Below are positions 61,101-64,000 of a DNA stretch of 64,000 nucleotides, one piece after another. Source of the stretch: Mizuhopecten yessoensis. Its lineage: Eukaryota. Position 1 is the first letter of the stretch. Each line of letters opens with the position of its first letter. The position numbers were made by a program, and so were the translations under genes. The stretch lies in assembly GCF_002113885.1 (NCBI RefSeq), contig NW_018404083.1:69102-133101 (forward strand). The letters are read 5' to 3'. Under the pieces are notes generated by a model, which saw only the letters and a list, made by a program, of their open reading frames with translations, did not search any database and was not told where the DNA came from.

Positions 61101-63535
61101 TCCTTGTACACCAAATCTGGTTACTCCAGATGAAATAGTATAGAAGATATGACCTGGACAAACTTTTTCGAAAGTTAAGATCAAAGGTCAAAGCATAGGT
61201 CACAGTGAGGTCATATGACCTTTTTCTTGCACTCCGCCATCCCAAAAGATGTCCTGGTACATCAAATCTGGTTACTCCAGGTGAAATAGTGTAGACGGAC
61301 AGAGGGACGGAAGAACGGACGGAATGCAAACTTAACCCCCCATCCCCCCATTCCCATCCCCCCTTGGGAACTGTTTGGGGACTTATATAGAAAAAAATAC
61401 TACTGAAATATGTTTAGTTTTATATCAAACATCGTGCATTTCGAAACTAGTTTTTATACATACATCTTCCCACGTAGGGTTCCCAAAAGCGAACTGTCAT
61501 ACTGGCGTTTTTAGATTTCTGAGACATCAAACCTCCTCCCCAGTTTTGGTTGATGTATATCAAATATCCTTCAGCATGGTTCAAGTGTTGCCATACGTGA
61601 ATTACTCTGGGACCATATGAGTACACTAGTCCACCAAAAGATTCTGTCGGGTCGGCGTTCTGTACAGCTCCCATTCCCGGGAAGGAAAAACCATCGTTAT
61701 TACCATCGATAGCTTTCACCTGTTTATTTTGTATAAGAAACAACAAATAAAGTTCTGTCATATTCATCTCTTCTTCAGGTTTATGACTAGGATTTAATAC
61801 GTTCTGAAGATATTGTGTCCATAGTTTGATTATTCAATTTTTAGTATAGCATTTAAAACCATTGATAAAAAATTAGAAGCATTAATGCTGACAAACTTTA
61901 CAACGTAAATATTGTAAACAGCAACTGTATTTTCGTCTCCTTTTAACTGATTTTAGATTTCAGGAGTTTATCTGCAATAAGATTGCCATTCTTTGCGATT
62001 TCTTAATTAAAATTTTGAGAAAAAAAATATAAACATAGTAACAAACAATATATTAATATTATTTATTTTGAAAGTAGGTAAAATACAAACTGTCAACAGG
62101 ATGGCGGGGACTAAACCATGGGTCGATTTCAACAATGATGAAAGAGAAGGAATTACATCTCTAAGTATATATAATCACCATACTACTATTTTTAAAATGA
62201 AAGTTTTGTCAAATTTCCAAGATGACATCATGCTAAATACATTTACATTAAAACTATCTCTACAAAATAAGACTACAAAATACTAACGGTAACGTAAATC
62301 ATCCCAGTGTCAATGTCCAAGGAGTTCCCACTTCGTGTTGATAAGTGATGCGAACGCTTTTTTCTTATAGTATTTACCAAAGATTTAGTGTCGCTGTATA
62401 TGGCGTCACCTTTAAAATAACTCCACACCCTAACTCTTATGGACCCCTCATTCCAAACTTCCTTTGACCCACGACCCCATCCATCGGCTGTGCTGAATAG
62501 GCTTCCTAAAAAATAGTTAATAATTTTTATTGTTAAAATCAAATGACTAAAATATATCCTGTAAATATCTAATATTGTCTTCTCTGACATGTAAGATGTA
62601 AAATCATGATGAATTTTCAATATCTTAGCTACAAAATCTGAATATCGGTGTCCTGTGTTATATGCTTTGCGAATGATATAAACTTGTGGAAATACTTAAA
62701 CACACATCTCCTTATAAAATTTTATTCTGAATTTTAATGACGTCATGATACTTACAGTTTCAGAGGGATATCTTCAACGGCTGACACTTCGATTGTATCT
62801 TAAGTTTTTCATCGCTTGTGAATACGATGTGATAACGAAAAATAATTTCAAACAATACCAAACATTAACATAAGTTTAACAATTTTGCTCGAAATAATGC
62901 AAGATTGTCATCAGACGTCAATTTTCATTTTTGTTGTCGCATCCATGATCGCAGCCGCATTCGGATGTCATAGTAATGATTAGGACGGCATATTTCATGA
63001 GACAACTTTTTTTCGCAGTCTCTAATTTTTCAAGGATTTCCTCTAATGGTTAATTTCGCGGGAAACCACTTTTAGCGGATATCATGTTTAGTGACATCAA
63101 TAAACAAAGAAAAACAAAATACCGCAGAAATCGTAAAAAAATAGAAAACAACGAGTAAACTTATTTTACAGTAAAATACGTCTCTGGATTAGCTACTAAT
63201 GATAAATAGGCGAATACCAGTCACCTAGACTAATTTGGTAGTCATAAGTTTTGAAGAGCGTATTTACCTGAAGTTTTGTTATATTAAAAACCTGTTTGTT
63301 TTCTTTATAAATTGTCTAACATCAGCTCGTGCGGTGATGCGTGTAAGACATGCAAATTATTTTATAAAAAAAACACCGCCCTAAAATCTGACAGCAAATC
63401 AATTATGGTAAGACATATATAACTTACCTGAGTCGTAGCCAGGAACCCATATTCTAACGTGACTATCATTGAACCCGTAAATAACACCTCCCCATGCCGA
63501 CTGCTGATCAAGTGCTTGAACTGTCATTACTGATC
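55165..63535 (-). CDS. Paralog of the GGVVY-repeat type-I membrane protein (5' exons lie beyond the window end)
   Basis: Exons 63535-63428 (WGGVIYGFNDSHVRIWVPG), 62505-62288 (LFSTADGWGRG..IRVRVW), 61719-61464 (FGGLVYSY..WGGG..VRFW), stalk exons 60511-60434, 59583-59524, 57987-57904 and 57535-57497, and TM exon 56976-56873 (VLGIIIGACLIVAGGIATGIICALCKKNKR). The last exon 55218-55165 (ESNPGRQISYQQLFCLQ*) is tentative. Intron positions and phases match gene 2. Confidence 0.82.
55911..56094. mobile_element. Palindromic MITE family A, copy 4
   Basis: Same TIR and internal sequence as 2628-2812. Confidence 0.9.
58355..58890 (-). mobile_element. tRNA-derived SINE with (AAAC)n tail
   Basis: On the minus strand: GTTGAGCGTTCGCCCC..GGGTTCTGTCCCCTGGCCGAGACATACCAAAGTC head, GTCAGTATAATGTGACCGG central block, and GGACGTTAAAC + (AAAC)n tail. 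A second copy is at 11706-12050. Confidence 0.8.
60875..61385 (+). mobile_element. pearl/CvA/HINE (Helentron-derived)-like non-autonomous element
   Basis: Internal tandem core repeats (CAAATCTGGTTACTCCAGGTGAAATAGT x3, AAGGTCA motifs), an ACGG microsatellite near 61295-61322 and a short 3' palindrome CCCC..GGGG. This is the layout known for bivalve pearl-type elements. Confidence 0.6.
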
Positions 63536-64000
63536 CTGTAAGTAATAAATTAAAATCAGTTCTTAAGTTATTTAATCCAACAATTTCATGTCCGCCAAGA
63601 GATTAAACACTATTGCACATCCGAGCAATAGTTATTTTTAATACTGCAACATTTTCGTCTAATTATGTTTTCCCTCTTTCTCGGAAAAATACAGTTTTGC
63701 CCGATGTTTTTATTTCGCCCTTTACATGAAATTACTTTATTTGGTATGTCGTTCACTAAAAATTCCATCTCATGACAAATTGGCCCATATTGCTATGGGT
63801 GAAAAAACAGGCTGAAATTAAGCTGAGGAGAAGATGTTTAGTATAACGTAGTAGACTCAACATTTCAGGTGACACCTCGCAAAGCAGATTTAAGCGTTGT
63901 TCTATTATCATTTTTCAAAACTATATGCTTTGAATACATAGTTTAAGTTAGAAATTAACTAACTAAGCATAAGTGCGTTATCATAAGAAGACAAATTAAC

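Overview
This window is AT-rich, intron-containing animal genomic DNA, not prokaryotic. The SINE, MITE and pearl/HINE-type repeats suggest a mollusc, probably a bivalve (inference). Joining exons by hand with GT-AG boundaries and phase continuity gives seven protein-coding genes. (1) A 10-exon gene (+, 1165-12327, ~653 aa) with a helical/coiled-coil N-half, an acidic linker and a degenerate C-terminal SH3, i.e. an F-BAR/PACSIN-like layout. (2) An 11-exon single-pass membrane protein (+, 16585-26900, ~677 aa) with a signal peptide, three copies of an uncharacterised ~140-aa 'GGVVY' beta-rich repeat, a Ser/Thr stalk, a TM helix and a tail. (3,4) Two tandem stand-alone enoyl-CoA delta-isomerase (crotonase) genes (-), both ending in a PTS1 peroxisomal signal. 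(5,6) Two head-to-head apolipoprotein D-like lipocalins. (7) A paralog of gene 2 on the minus strand whose 5' end lies beyond the window. The order TM(+) ECI(-) ECI(-) ApoD(-) | ApoD(+) TM(-) is a mirror-image cluster consistent with an old inverted duplication. It may be a lipid or hydrophobic-ligand handling module (carrier + putative surface receptor + peroxisomal isomerase), which is the best candidate for a novel system here, although the functional link is inference. Introns contain many palindromic MITEs, tRNA-derived SINEs, TTAA-flanked elements carrying a tRNA-like cassette, minisatellites and two N-gaps. Most ORFs in the supplied track are spurious or are single exons read through into introns.
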